Below, in pieces: positions 1 to 10,300 of a DNA stretch of 64,000 bases. Below the pieces are notes generated by a model. The model was not told the DNA's origin. It saw nothing but the letters and a program-made list of their open reading frames with translations, and did not search any database. Each line of letters opens with the position of its first letter. Positions within the stretch are counted from its first letter, which is position 1. The position numbers were made by a program, and so were the translations under genes. The DNA is from Phycisphaeraceae bacterium (GTDB taxonomy: Bacteria > Planctomycetota > Phycisphaerae > Phycisphaerales > Phycisphaeraceae), in the NCBI GenBank assembly GCA_963674705.1, contig OY771506.1, positions 4,512,001 through 4,576,000 on the forward strand, read 5' to 3'.

Positions 1-8
1 TCAAGCGT

Positions 9-863
9 GTGGCGTCGGCGCTGCGGTCTGGCGGGGAGATCGCCGAGTCGCTGAGCCCGTTCGGCCGACACGAGGAGAGGATCGACCTGCGTGGCTTCCC
101 TATGCCAGCACCGGTGAGGATCGAAAATGCCACGCTTGTGGGCGTGGACCTCAGTGCTACGGAGCTGTCGCCGCTCTGGATGGAGCATTGCCAGTTGAAA
201 AATGTCCTGTTCGATCATGCGAAACTGGACGGCTTCAGCGATCAGGGCAACCGGTTTGAATCCTGCCGGTTTTTGGGCACCTCGTTCGTGGGTGGGCGAT
301 TGGGTTACCAGGGTTCGCAGTATCACGGATGCACTTTTGAGAAGTGTAAATTCACGACGGCGGGTGGAATTCGTGCGGAGTTTTATGGATGCCGTTTCAC
401 CGACTGCAAGCTCAAGGGTGTAGACTTCGAGGCCTCGGCCTTTGAGGATTGCATCTTTGAGGGGAAGCTTGCCGACGTCTGGTTCCGTGGCGGGTACCCA
501 TATGAGGGCTACGAACGCAAGTTCGGGACGCCTAAGACAAACCAGATGAAGAACGTCTCATTCGCCGGTGCTGAGTTGGAACTTGTCGCTTTCAGTAATG
601 ACTGTGACCTGACTACGGTGGTCTTGCCGGAACAGGGCGAGTACAGGAAATATGACCGTTGGGCGAGGCGTTTGTTGCGACTGAAGGATGAAGCGAACGG
701 TTGGGAGGAACCTGATCGAAAGGAAGGGCAGTTCTTCGTGCAGGTGACGATGCCTCATGCTCAGACGCAGGAGTGGATGATTGTCAATGTAGATGATGTG
801 CGTAAACACATTGCCCCGCATGCGACGGAGCGGATCATCGAATCGCTGGACAAGCCGATTTGA
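9..863 (+). CDS. Pentapeptide-repeat protein (may be 5'-partial)
   Basis: Serial five-residue repeats (e.g. CRFTDCKLKGVDFEASAFEDCIF, VLFDHAKLDG). The frame is open to the window edge. Confidence 0.8.
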   Translation: MASALRSGGEIAESLSPFGRHEERIDLRGFPMPAPVRIENATLVGVDLSATELSPLWMEHCQLKNVLFDHAKLDGFSDQGNRFESCRFLGTSFVGGRLGYQGSQYHGCTFEKCKFTTAGGIRAEFYGCRFTDCKLKGVDFEASAFEDCIFEGKLADVWFRGGYPYEGYERKFGTPKTNQMKNVSFAGAELELVAFSNDCDLTTVVLPEQGEYRKYDRWARRLLRLKDEANGWEEPDRKEGQFFVQVTMPHAQTQEWMIVNVDDVRKHIAPHATERIIESLDKPI

Positions 864-879
864 GGAAGAAACGAGGAAG

Positions 880-900
880 AAACGGGGTCTGACCCTGTTT
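880..900. repeat. Short palindrome AAACGGGGTC-T-GACCCTGTTT, copy 1
   Basis: 10-bp stem with one G-T pair. A near-identical copy lies at 1367-1387. Overlaps the end of the tandem 11-mer GAGGAAGAAAC x2 (862-883). Confidence 0.8.
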
Positions 901-998
901 TTCGGGTGGCTTGCTTAGGGAGAGCCGTGCCGAGCGCGGCGAGGTTTTATGTCGTCGCGGCTGGTGGCTGTGCGGGTTTGTGGTTGTTGATGTGAAGA

Positions 999-1043
999 GC
1001 GCGACCGATGGTCGCGGCTATACAGGTGGGTGTGAGTTCATTG
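999..1043. repeat. Palindromic repeat GCGCGACCGATGGTCGCGGCTATACA plus tail, copy 1
   Basis: Matches 2269-2319, including the GGTGGGTG..TTCATTG tail. Core GCGACC-GAT-GGTCGC. Confidence 0.75.
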
Positions 1044-1166
1044 TAAAAGACAAAAACCCGGCCGGGATGGTCGGGCATTAGACGTGAAGCAAGAGCGCTA
1101 AGCCGTAAGCGGCTTGACGAGTTGGTCGTGTTTGCTTTGTGATTCGTTACTTAAGCAACCCGGCCC

Positions 1167-1361
1167 TCACCCCGCCCCCCCCGGAAGTCTCCCGGGGGGA
1201 GAGGGAGGAAAGATAACGGGGAGGATTTGGTTGGTGCGGGCTTGTTGTAGGCGTAGGCGGGCGATGTCGATGGGTTGCCAGGTGCGCCAGACTTTGAAGG
1301 TTGGGGTGAAGCCGTAGACGCCGTTGCCGACTTTTTGGGTGGCGTTTTCTTTGAGGTACAA
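1167..1361 (-). pseudogene. Probable gene remnant (~50 codons)
   Basis: Strong C-ending codon bias (GCC ACC GTC GGC AAC TAC TTC). Begins next to the 1367 palindrome and runs into another palindrome near 1163-1208. Family not recognised. Confidence 0.3.
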
Positions 1362-1366
1362 GAATG

Positions 1367-1387
1367 AAACGGGGTCTGACCCCGTTT
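1367..1387. repeat. Short palindrome AAACGGGGTC-T-GACCCCGTTT, copy 2
   Basis: Perfect 10-bp inverted repeat. Confidence 0.8.
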
Positions 1388-1427
1388 TTGGTTGTGCGGG
1401 AGGATTTGCCCGGCGTGTGGGTGGGGG

Positions 1428-2108
1428 TTAATCGAGAGCGGCTTCTGCACCGGCGGCCCAGAAGCCGGCGGAGAGGTCCAGGTAGATTTCGTTGACGCCG
1501 GGGCCGGAGGCGCCGTTGGTGAGGCGGCGTTCGGTGGTGCCGTAGTGGTAGTAGGTGGGTTCGCGGAAGAAGTTGCGGTTGTCGACGGGTGAGAAGTAGA
1601 CGTTGCTTGGAGCGGGATTGAGGTTCCAGTTGTCGGCGGCCCAGAAGCCGGGGTGCCTGTCGGTGGACATGTAATTCTCGAGGTCCTGCGTGAAGTCGTC
1701 GTTGTTGTTGACGCGATAGGTGTTGCCGTGGTCGTACTCGATCGCATCGAATTCATTCAAGGGGCAGATGTAGACTTCGCTTTCGGCGGGGAGGAGGTTG
1801 AGCTCATCGTAGAGCGCCTGGATGCCGAAGGTTTCGGGGCCGTTGCTGGCGGTAATTGGTGTGCTTTCACGGCCGGGCGCGACGCGGAAGCCTGCGCCAC
1901 CATAGGCTATGCGCGGGGGGACGGTTTGCTTGGGGTTTTCGGATTGGTAAGCGCTGCTTGCGATACCGATCTGCCGGAGGTTGTTCATGCACTGGACGTT
2001 CTTGGCGCTTTTGCGAGCGGCGCTGAGGGCGGGCAGGAGGATGCCGATCAGCAGTGCGATGATGCTGATGACTACAAGCAGTTCGATCAGGGTGAAGGCT
2101 CGTTTCAT
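1428..2108 (-). CDS. Prepilin-type N-terminal cleavage/methylation (DUF1559-like) protein
   Basis: [43 protein letters not shown]. Start moved to ATG 2108. Confidence 0.9.
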   Translation of the reverse strand: MKRAFTLIELLVVISIIALLIGILLPALSAARKSAKNVQCMNNLRQIGIASSAYQSENPKQTVPPRIAYGGAGFRVAPGRESTPITASNGPETFGIQALYDELNLLPAESEVYICPLNEFDAIEYDHGNTYRVNNNDDFTQDLENYMSTDRHPGFWAADNWNLNPAPSNVYFSPVDNRNFFREPTYYHYGTTERRLTNGASGPGVNEIYLDLSAGFWAAGAEAALD

Positions 2109-2209
2109 ATCTAAGCTAATAGTATGACCGGCCGGGGCAAGAGTATCAACCATAAAGTTGACGGGAGCAAGATGTTGCAATGGGTTATTATGAAAATCGG
2201 TTGTAGGGA

Positions 2210-2411
2210 AGGCCGGCCATTGCGTGGGCGGGTGGGCCGGCCCACAGATTGAATCTGTGGGCTTCGATGCGCGACCGATGGTTGCGGCTTTACACCGTTT
2301 GGGTGGGTGGGATTCATTGAGCGTGTGGATTCCCGCGTGCGTGGGAATGACGGATATAAAATACAGAGGGTTTTAGCGCAGCTTGACCATCAGTTGGTGC
2401 TGATGGTCAAG
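2210..2411. repeat. Cluster of five different short palindromes (REP-like)
   Basis: GGCCGGCC..GGCCGGCC (~2211-2242); GCCCACAGATT-G-AATCTGTGGGC (2240-2262); GCGACC-GAT-GGTTGC (2271-2285); ATTCCC-N8-GGGAAT (2329-2348); CTTGACCATCAG-N6-CTGATGGTCAAG (2382-2411). Confidence 0.75.
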
Positions 2412-2445
2412 GCGTGTTGTTTGTGATGGGGAATTGCCTGGTTGG

Positions 2446-3162
2446 CTAATTATTAGTAGTACTCTCGGCGCCGACGGCCCAGAAGCCGGCGGAGAGGTCG
2501 AGGTAGAGTTCGTTGACGCCGGGGCCGGAGGCGCCGTTGGTGTAACGGCGTTCGGTGGTGCCGGTGTGATAATACGTTTCTTCACGGAAGAAGTTTCGGT
2601 TGTTAGGCGTACCGGTGTATTGATCGCCGTTGCCCGAGGTCGGAGAGAAGTAGACGTTGCTGGGCGCTGGCCTGAGGTTCCAGTTGTCGGCGACCCAGAA
2701 GCCTGAGTGCTTGTCACTGGACATGTAGTTTTCGAGGTTTTGTGTGAACGGGTCGGATGCGTTGACGATGTAGGTATTGCCGTGGTTGTTTTCTTCGACA
2801 TCGAAGGTATTAAGCGGACAGATGTAGACCTCGCTGTTACCTGCGATTAATCCCAGTTCATCAAAGAGGGCTTGGAGCCCGAACGTTTCGGGGCCGTTAC
2901 CCGTTGTGACAGGGTCGCTTTCGAAATCCGGAGCGACACGGAAGTTCGCTCCGCCAAGCACGCGCCGCGAGGGCATGGTCTGCCTGGGGTTGTCGGCCTG
3001 GTAAGCGCCGCCGGCGACACCGAGTTGATGGAGGTTGCTCATGCACTTGACATTCATGGCGCTCTTGCGTGCTGCGCCGAGTGCGGGCAGCAGGATACCG
3101 ATCAGCAGCGCGATGATGCTGATGACCACGAGTAATTCGATCAGAGTGAAAGCTCGTCGCAT
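2446..3162 (-). CDS. Prepilin-type (DUF1559-like) protein, tandem paralogue of 1428-2108
   Basis: [13 protein letters not shown]...; shares long identical blocks with the neighbour ([52 protein letters not shown]). Confidence 0.9.
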   Translation of the reverse strand: MRRAFTLIELLVVISIIALLIGILLPALGAARKSAMNVKCMSNLHQLGVAGGAYQADNPRQTMPSRRVLGGANFRVAPDFESDPVTTGNGPETFGLQALFDELGLIAGNSEVYICPLNTFDVEENNHGNTYIVNASDPFTQNLENYMSSDKHSGFWVADNWNLRPAPSNVYFSPTSGNGDQYTGTPNNRNFFREETYYHTGTTERRYTNGASGPGVNELYLDLSAGFWAVGAESTTNN

Positions 3163-3201
3163 ATCAAACCCACTTGTATGGCATGGTAAGCCAAGTCGTT
3201 G

Positions 3202-3233
3202 AAAAAACACCGACGTAACAACGTTGCCGGTGA
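3202..3233 (-). terminator. Putative intrinsic terminator
   Basis: Minus strand: bulged CACCG..ACGT-loop-ACGT-CGGTG followed by T6, just after the PEP-CTERM stop. Confidence 0.5.
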
Positions 3234-3240
3234 TGTACTG

Positions 3241-4602
3241 TTAGCGTTTTCGGCCCAGCAGCGCGAGAGCGGCGATGCCGGCCAGGGCCAGCGTAGCCGG
3301 TTCGGGGACGACGGTCGCAGCCGGCGGGACGCCCTTATTCCAATTTTCCAGGACGATGTCCAGGTCATCGAGGCCGACGTAACCGTCGCCGGACGGATCG
3401 CCCAGCAACCAGTTGCCGGCTTCCACGTTGGTATTCCATGCGGTGAGGACGATATCGAGGTCGTCGAGTCCGACGAAGCCGTCGCCGTTGAGGTCGCCTG
3501 CGAGGCCGGGGGTTTCGTAGTAATAGATACCACCCCCGGACGGGCTTAACATCGTCCAGGTCAGCAGGTCGCCGATGGTAGCGAAGTCGTTGATATACTT
3601 GCTGCCCATATCACCGGCTTCCAGGTCAGGTTGGCTGAAGAGCAGTTCGAGCGTGCCGGAGGGGTCTTCGGGATCGAAGCGTAGGACCGAGCTGTTGCCT
3701 CGTTCGAAGGTATAGAACCAGCCGTCGGGGCCGAGGACCATATCATTGAAAGCGGCGTAATTGGCACCAAAGAACGGGTCGGTCTTGGATACGGCGACGA
3801 TTTCGGGTTGGGTCAGGGCTTTGCTGAAGGTGCTATCTTGGGCGTTCAGTTTGTAGATGCTGCCGCGGGAGACGTCGCCGGGGGCGGATGAAGCGCCGCT
3901 GATCGTCCAGTAAAGGTTGTCATCCCAATCGAAGGCGAGCGCGCCGCTGACGTAGCTGACGAGTGTCGTGTCACCGACAGCGGTCTGCAGCGTGGCTTTA
4001 TCGATGAAGACGGAAAGCGAGCCGGAGGTGTCGACCATGAAGATCTGGTCCGACTTGTCTTCGTAGAAGTACATGTTGCCTTGTGAGTCGAAAGTGCACT
4101 CTTCGCGGATCTGCAATTCAGTCAGGCCGGTGAGGGTCATGACATCGCTGGGAGAAACGACCGTGGACAACGCACCGGTGGTGGTATTGACACGGTAGAC
4201 AGAGTCGGTCGATTGATCGATCAGTTGGAGGCTGTCGCCGATGACCTTTGCGTGGGCGCCGGGGAGGATCAGGTCATTACCGGTGTAGCTCAACCACTGT
4301 GCGGCGTTGACGAGTGTGGTTTGCACCTGTGTGCCGCCGATATCGGTCACCTTTGTGATTTCTGTGTCGTAGGTTGCGGTGTGAGTGGTCTCGACATCGC
4401 GCATGACGAAGTATCCGGTGGAGCCGTCGAAGACATGCGTCGAAGCGTAGTTGAAGTTGGAAGCGGAACGGATATCGCTGATCGACAGCAAGGTGTCGTA
4501 GGTAGCGGCCTGGCTGGCGGCGGAGGCGGTCAGCAGGCAGCCGGCAGCGATCGCCAGAGAACGATATTGCATACCCCGGCACGGAAGAATCGTGGACAAC
4601 AT
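3241..4602 (-). CDS. Secreted PEP-CTERM protein with dockerin-like tandem EF-hand module; N-terminal region possibly beta-propeller
   Basis: AGGAGG RBS, signal peptide, GDLNGDGFVGLDDLDIVL x2, C-terminal VPEPATLALAGIAALALLGRKR. Confidence 0.9.
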   Translation of the reverse strand: MLSTILPCRGMQYRSLAIAAGCLLTASAASQAATYDTLLSISDIRSASNFNYASTHVFDGSTGYFVMRDVETTHTATYDTEITKVTDIGGTQVQTTLVNAAQWLSYTGNDLILPGAHAKVIGDSLQLIDQSTDSVYRVNTTTGALSTVVSPSDVMTLTGLTELQIREECTFDSQGNMYFYEDKSDQIFMVDTSGSLSVFIDKATLQTAVGDTTLVSYVSGALAFDWDDNLYWTISGASSAPGDVSRGSIYKLNAQDSTFSKALTQPEIVAVSKTDPFFGANYAAFNDMVLGPDGWFYTFERGNSSVLRFDPEDPSGTLELLFSQPDLEAGDMGSKYINDFATIGDLLTWTMLSPSGGGIYYYETPGLAGDLNGDGFVGLDDLDIVLTAWNTNVEAGNWLLGDPSGDGYVGLDDLDIVLENWNKGVPPAATVVPEPATLALAGIAALALLGRKR

Positions 4603-4825
4603 AGAACATCCCTCCTAATAAGAAGAAGACCTAACACTATTAATAAAAGTGTACGTGCTAACGGTTCGATTGCCGCGCCAGATACCTGCTGTAGAGGTAA
4701 CCGTCCCGGCAAGCAACGAGCAATCGACGCACATCCCAACACTCACAATCATCATCGAACGCGCACAAGGCTCCGGGCCTCACGCACGTTTTAACAATAA
4801 ATTATCTAAACTCAGTATCAGTATC

Positions 4826-4854
4826 ATCTTACCTTAAATAATAGGATATGTCAA
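4826..4854 (-). promoter_or_regulatory. Sigma70-type promoter for the PEP-CTERM/pilin unit
   Basis: Minus strand TTGACA-N17-TAAGAT in an AT-rich intergenic tract. Confidence 0.7.
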
Positions 4855-4886
4855 TGCTTATAAAAAAAGACATGCTTGCTGGAGTG

Positions 4887-7334
4887 TCATTGCGGCTCGC
4901 GCCAACGCGAATACGGCTTGAAGTGGTCGGGAGTTAGCGACGGGTCTGACTGCATGAGGGCCTTGAGCCGGCTCGGGGGCAGGGCGCCGTTTTCGGCCAT
5001 TTCGATGGACAGTTGTTTGGCCAGGCCGGGATTCACTAATTCGGCGGCGTCGATGACGTAAAGCCAGCCGGTTGCAGGGGCTTGGGGTTTTAGGGAATCT
5101 GCGGCTTCGAGGGATGCCACGGCAAGCGAATCAAGCCCCTGTTCGGCTGCGGCGGTGGCGAGAAGGCAGGTTAACGCAAGGCGGTTTGACTCTCCGCCTG
5201 CGACCGGTTGGGCTGTGTCCGTGAGCTTTTCGAGCAGGAGGCGGCCGAGGTGCTCGGCATGGGTCTTGTCCATGTCCTTGATCAAGGGCTCGGCATCGGC
5301 GGCCAGCGAACGGATCATCTGCATGCTGATGAGCGTGCATATCCCGTCACCCGCTTTTTCCCATTTATCCTGGTTTGCCGCGAGGCGGATCTGCAGCCGC
5401 ACCAGGTCGACCGATCGCCTGTCGGGTGGATTCACGTTCTGCCAGTGCTCAAGCTGGGCAAGTAACTGCATCTTTTGATCGTCCGGCCAGGTGAAGGCAT
5501 CGCCATCGAGTACATCCGTCAGGAGTCCGGATGGCGGGGCGAAAGGTGAGGCCTGGAGCAGGCGGGTAAGCGAAGCGGGTTGGTCGATGGCGGGCACGGG
5601 CTCGCGTGAAGAGGTGATGCCGATGGCTCGACGTACGATCAGCCAGCGCTGCAGAGCCGAGCGACAGCCGGGTGTATCCAGCGGGAGGATGTCGATGAGT
5701 TGAGCGACTTCATCGTCGGTCGGGCCGTCGTTGGATTGACCAAGCCAGGTTGTTAACTCGGAAGTGACTGAGTCGTTGGGTTGGTTCAATCGTTTTGCCA
5801 GCGCAAGCAAGAGTCGGAAGTCGATAAGATTCAGATGATCGCTTTGCTGGGCACGCTTAGCCAGATCGAGGCTTCTTGATTCAGCGTGGCCAGAGGCAAG
5901 CAATGCATCAGCCAGTCCGTCGATCAGGCCGGGCACGTCGTTGCGTGTTGGCGAAGCGCTGCGTAAACGGGCTTCGTAGAGTTGTGCGGCAAACGGCAGG
6001 GATGCTAATTCTTCCCACAAGGTACGGCGATCACTGAAGCCTGTATCTGGGGTGATGCGGTAGCCGATGACGCCGCCGGGCGATGGTTTCTGCCAGAGGC
6101 GTGGGGAGTAGTAACGGCGTTCGAGGCGTGTGATATTGAAGAACTGGAGCAGACGCATGCGGACGCCATCGTCCTGCCCGAGGGCTGCACGTAACGGTAA
6201 GGCGGGGATCGCGCCGAGGGATCGTTCGTCGATGGATGCGATCTCCAAGGCTTTGTTAAGCGCGTCGAGTTGACGCAGCGCTTCACTGAGCCGCCAGACG
6301 GTTTGTTCCTGGACGACTGCACGATCGCCGCGACGGGGCCAGAGCAGTTCGGCGAGCGTAACGAAACGTTGGTGATCGAAAAGAAAACCGACGACCCAGT
6401 TACGGACGTCGGGTTCGCCGGGCGCTCGGGTGAAGGCTTCGAGTGCGAGTTGCTCAGCGGGCGTATCCATGCCGACACCGGCCGCGGCCATGCTCGCCAT
6501 CAACAGTTCATTGATGCGTGCCTGCCCCTGACTACGGCGCTGGGTCAGTTCGGTAAGCCATTCGTTAACGTGCACGGGTTCGAGCAAGAAGCGTGCGTCT
6601 TCAGCGATGTAAATCTGATCTGTGGTGAGGTTGTTTTCTTCGGAAAGTAACTGAAGCGCTGAACGTGCTAAAAGGCTTGCGCGTTCGAGTTGCTCTTGGC
6701 CCCCGATGCTGACTAGCGATCTTGCCAGCAGCGTCAGGATAGCCGGGTGATCGGGGTGCTCATCCAGTAACGACTCGAGCATGGCGACAGCCAGCGTCGC
6801 GCCGGCGGGGTTCTCACACCAGGAGCCACGGCGCAACACGGTGTATGGGCGGAACTCATCGAGATGCGGATTGGGCGTCTTGGATGCCAGGTCAAGCAGC
6901 GCTTCATGCAACGATGGCTGCGGCGATCTGGATAAACCAGCAGCGACTTGTTGAAGCAGCAGCACACGTTGCGCTTCATCGAGATCGTTCCAGGCGAGTT
7001 GTATGGCTCTCACCGCGTCGTCAGCACTTAGCAGATTCATCACCGCTACGACGATTTGCGGGTTGCTCCCCTGCTGCTTCACCAATTCGATCGCACGCTG
7101 TGCTTCTGCGCCAGACAGAGCAACCGGTGCATTCAACCATGCCTGGACACGCAGCCGTAGCAATTGCAGTTCAGGATCGTCTTGCATTTCACAGAGACTA
7201 TCCAACTGATCCAGCACCCACTGCTGATCGGTTTCGCTTAGGGCATGCCAGCCGATCGGCAATAGCTGCTGCATGACCGACTGCACCTGTTTGGGCTCAG
7301 CCTGGTTGAAGGCATTTTCGAGCCCGAGCTTCAC
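4887..7334 (-). CDS. Alpha-helical/TPR-like hypothetical protein (may be the C-terminal part of the upstream giant gene)
   Basis: 815-codon ORF, Leu/Ala-rich helical repeats (EHPDHPAILTLLARSL). GTG start overlaps the upstream TGA. Confidence 0.7.
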   Translation of the reverse strand: MKLGLENAFNQAEPKQVQSVMQQLLPIGWHALSETDQQWVLDQLDSLCEMQDDPELQLLRLRVQAWLNAPVALSGAEAQRAIELVKQQGSNPQIVVAVMNLLSADDAVRAIQLAWNDLDEAQRVLLLQQVAAGLSRSPQPSLHEALLDLASKTPNPHLDEFRPYTVLRRGSWCENPAGATLAVAMLESLLDEHPDHPAILTLLARSLVSIGGQEQLERASLLARSALQLLSEENNLTTDQIYIAEDARFLLEPVHVNEWLTELTQRRSQGQARINELLMASMAAAGVGMDTPAEQLALEAFTRAPGEPDVRNWVVGFLFDHQRFVTLAELLWPRRGDRAVVQEQTVWRLSEALRQLDALNKALEIASIDERSLGAIPALPLRAALGQDDGVRMRLLQFFNITRLERRYYSPRLWQKPSPGGVIGYRITPDTGFSDRRTLWEELASLPFAAQLYEARLRSASPTRNDVPGLIDGLADALLASGHAESRSLDLAKRAQQSDHLNLIDFRLLLALAKRLNQPNDSVTSELTTWLGQSNDGPTDDEVAQLIDILPLDTPGCRSALQRWLIVRRAIGITSSREPVPAIDQPASLTRLLQASPFAPPSGLLTDVLDGDAFTWPDDQKMQLLAQLEHWQNVNPPDRRSVDLVRLQIRLAANQDKWEKAGDGICTLISMQMIRSLAADAEPLIKDMDKTHAEHLGRLLLEKLTDTAQPVAGGESNRLALTCLLATAAAEQGLDSLAVASLEAADSLKPQAPATGWLYVIDAAELVNPGLAKQLSIEMAENGALPPSRLKALMQSDPSLTPDHFKPYSRWREPQ

Positions 7335-10300
7335 CGCTTAGCGACCATGTCCATTCGATCGAGCGCGATAGCGAGTGAGGCCGCACGCGCTGCGGAACGA
7401 GCGGGCCAATTAGAGTCGCCTTCCAATACGCCCGCCAAGCGGGTTGCGGCCTCGTTCAGATTGCCTCGTTTCAGTGCCAGTTCCGCCTGGTCGAGCGAGG
7501 CTTGCCCCCTCTGTTCGTTCGTCATACCAGCAGGCAAGTTTATGGTTGGGTTGTATTCATGAACCATCACCGCGATACGTTGATTCAGCGTTTTATCAGC
7601 CTGGAATGTCGCGGCTAATTGTGCATCAATCGCATTGGATGTGCCGTACTGATTTGTCGCCAAGGATGCGTAACGCAGCGCATCGGCGGTATAGACCCAG
7701 CGTGGGAAGCGCGATGCGTTGTCGCCGGATTCAACGACAGCCTGACTTGCACGCGCGGCTTGTTCGGCCAACTTCGTCAGACCTTCGACCACTTCGGCCT
7801 GGGCCGCGTCATCGAAGGCAGCGAAGAGCAGGCCGTCCACACACGGGCCGAAGTAGGTTTGTGTCTCGCTGATGTCGCTTGCAACACGCCGACGGGAACC
7901 CGCTATCAGGTCGTCGAGCGGTTCGTCTGCGGCGCGCAACGGCATGCGTTTGAGCATCACATCAATCGCACGCAGGTAGCATTCGCGTGCACGGTCCCAC
8001 TGTTCGAGTTGGCCGAAGATCGACGCCTGGCGGTACAGCAGGCCGACATCATCCGGCCTTGAGAGCAACAGTTCATTGAGCAATCGCGAAGCGACTCTTG
8101 GCCGAAGCGCGCGTTCGTAACGTTCAGCTACTTGCGGGACAACCGAACCGCGCTCGCCGAACTGCACGGCACGTTGGAACGCGCGGTCGGCGCCTTCGAC
8201 TTTGTTCTGACTCAGCAGCATATCGCCAAGCCCGATCATGACCTCGGGCGGGACGGCCTGACCGGTAGCGACCAGCATCTGGCCGTAGGTTCCTGCTTCT
8301 TCCTGCAGGCCCAGCGCGGTAGCGCGTTCGATCGATTCGCGCAACAGCGTGATCGCACGGTCGCCGTCGGCTAGAAGGATCGGGTCCATCCAGGACATCG
8401 CCGACTCCCGGTAGCCAAGCGCTTCAGCGAGATCGATCGCGACACGCAAGAGATAACCGCGCTCCGGGTAAGCTGCGGCTCGGATCATCGCGCGGCGCAG
8501 CGCCGCTTCAAGTAGAGCCTTTGACGCATCCAGATTTAGCAAGCCGTCCACGCCAACCAGGAACAGGTCATCATCCTCGGCCCGTTCAACAATGCGCAAC
8601 AGCAAGGTGGTCGCCTCATCGGTGTGCCTTGCCTCTTGCATCGACTGCGCCCAGAGCAGCCAAAGCTCAACGTGTTCGGGATTATTCAACAATGTCAGGC
8701 GGTACTGATCGGCGGCGGTTTTGTTATCGCCGAGCATCGCGTGGACGCCTGCCGACAACTCGTTGAAGTAAGCCTGGGGCATGTCCTCAGACTGTCGCAT
8801 CGCAGCGATGGCGACCTTGGCCGCGGAAAGATCGCCTCGCTCGGCCGCGAGCACGGCACGCTGCTGCCAGTAGTCGACCGCGCCTTCGGGATCGATCGTG
8901 ATTAACTCGGCCAGTACCGAATCCGCGAGGCCCAGGCGGCCGGTGCGCAAGTAAAGTTGCGCCAGGCGCTGCTTGGCTACGAGTTGATCGCCGGCGGTGT
9001 CGTTCGTCGCAAGGAGCAACTCGGCGGCGGAGATGGGATCGTCGATACGCAGGTACAGGTCGATGAGCATGCCAAGCGCGGCTTCATCCGTGATGTCGTC
9101 GCTGATGCGCTGCTCCATTTCGATGGCAAGCGTTCCGAGATTACCGAGGCGTGCGGAGAGTTCCAGCATCTGTTGCTGGGCGCGTTGCCGCATCGCGGCG
9201 GTGCCGCCGTCCTCCCAGAGTTGACGCCAGAGCGTAAGCGCTTCGGCGTTACGGCCCTGCTGCGTCAGCAACCAGGAAAGGTATGCGGTAAGTGATTCGT
9301 GCTCGAGCGGTCCGCCGTTCTGATCAATCCATTCTTGCAGGTACTCGATCGCCACATCGATGCGGCCGATCTCGGCGTAGGCTTCAGACAAACGGCGTAC
9401 ATCCGCGGCGTCCTCCGCGAACTTGGACGTATGGATCAGTATCTCAATCGCATCATCAACCTGGCCTTGCTGAGCCAGGTGAGAGGCTTGCCACAATCGG
9501 GCATCGAACGCACCTTTTCCGCCCTGCTTCTCGGCTTGCTCAGCGAGGCGCAAGGCAAGGTCATATGCACCGACTTCATCGGCAGCATCAGCGCACCAGA
9601 GCATCTCCGTCGCATTCTTCGAAAGGTCTACGGCCTGCTTGAAGGCCACTGCGGCGCCCTGCTTATCGCCACGCAGCATCAGCACCTGACCGAGGCAAGC
9701 GCCCCACACGCTGTGCCCATCCTGTTCAACCAGGCTGCGCAGCGCCGCCACGGCGGCGTCGCCCGCGCTGGTGTCCATCGCGACAGAAAGTAGTTCACGA
9801 CGCAGCATCGCCGCATCAAACTCGGGCGCCGCCTGCTTGTCGGGTGCTGCGGCCTCGGCTGCCAGTCGCACGGCCTCTTGCGTCTGATCCGTGCGACGCA
9901 GCAACGTCATCAACGGCCAGAACCGAGGCGCGGGGATCGGTTTTTCGTTTAACCAGCGCTCCGCCAATGCCAGTTCATCATCAGATTCGATCGCGAGCCT
10001 GAACTGCACCAACGCGATCGAGCTGCGCTCGGATGGACGTGTTGCGATCTGTTCCGCCTTTTCGAGTACGGCCCGTGCTTCATCTGTCCGGCCCAACTGG
10101 CGGTACTGCTCGGAAAGGCTCAATAGATCGAGAACGTTCGGCGATTCGATAGCGGATAACCGCTGCGCCGCCTGCTCGGGTTGACCAAGTAATGCGGTGT
10201 AGTGTCCGAGCCAGCGTTTGATGACATCGTCGGGGGGCTCAGCCGGTAAGCCGTCGGCTTCAGTTGCCTGGCCCTTCGGCAGGATGGATAAGGCGTTAAG

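Noticed and set aside
9..863. Calling the pentapeptide protein Qnr/MfpA or a toxin-immunity protein
   Set aside because: Only the repeat fold is visible. It has an extra C-terminal domain, and the upstream context is outside the window.
864..2445. CRISPR array or integron attC cassettes
   Set aside because: The palindromes differ from each other, are not regularly spaced, and there are no cas or integrase genes.
1151..2801. Thr/Pro/Ser-rich ORFs 1151-1756 and 2373-2801 as mucin-like proteins
   Set aside because: They are alternative frames of the pilin genes, produced by C-ending codon bias.
1428..3162. Diversity-generating retroelement (TR/VR) explanation for the similar pilin 3' ends
   Set aside because: Both copies are full genes, the differences I compared are largely synonymous rather than adenine-specific, and no reverse transcriptase is in the window.
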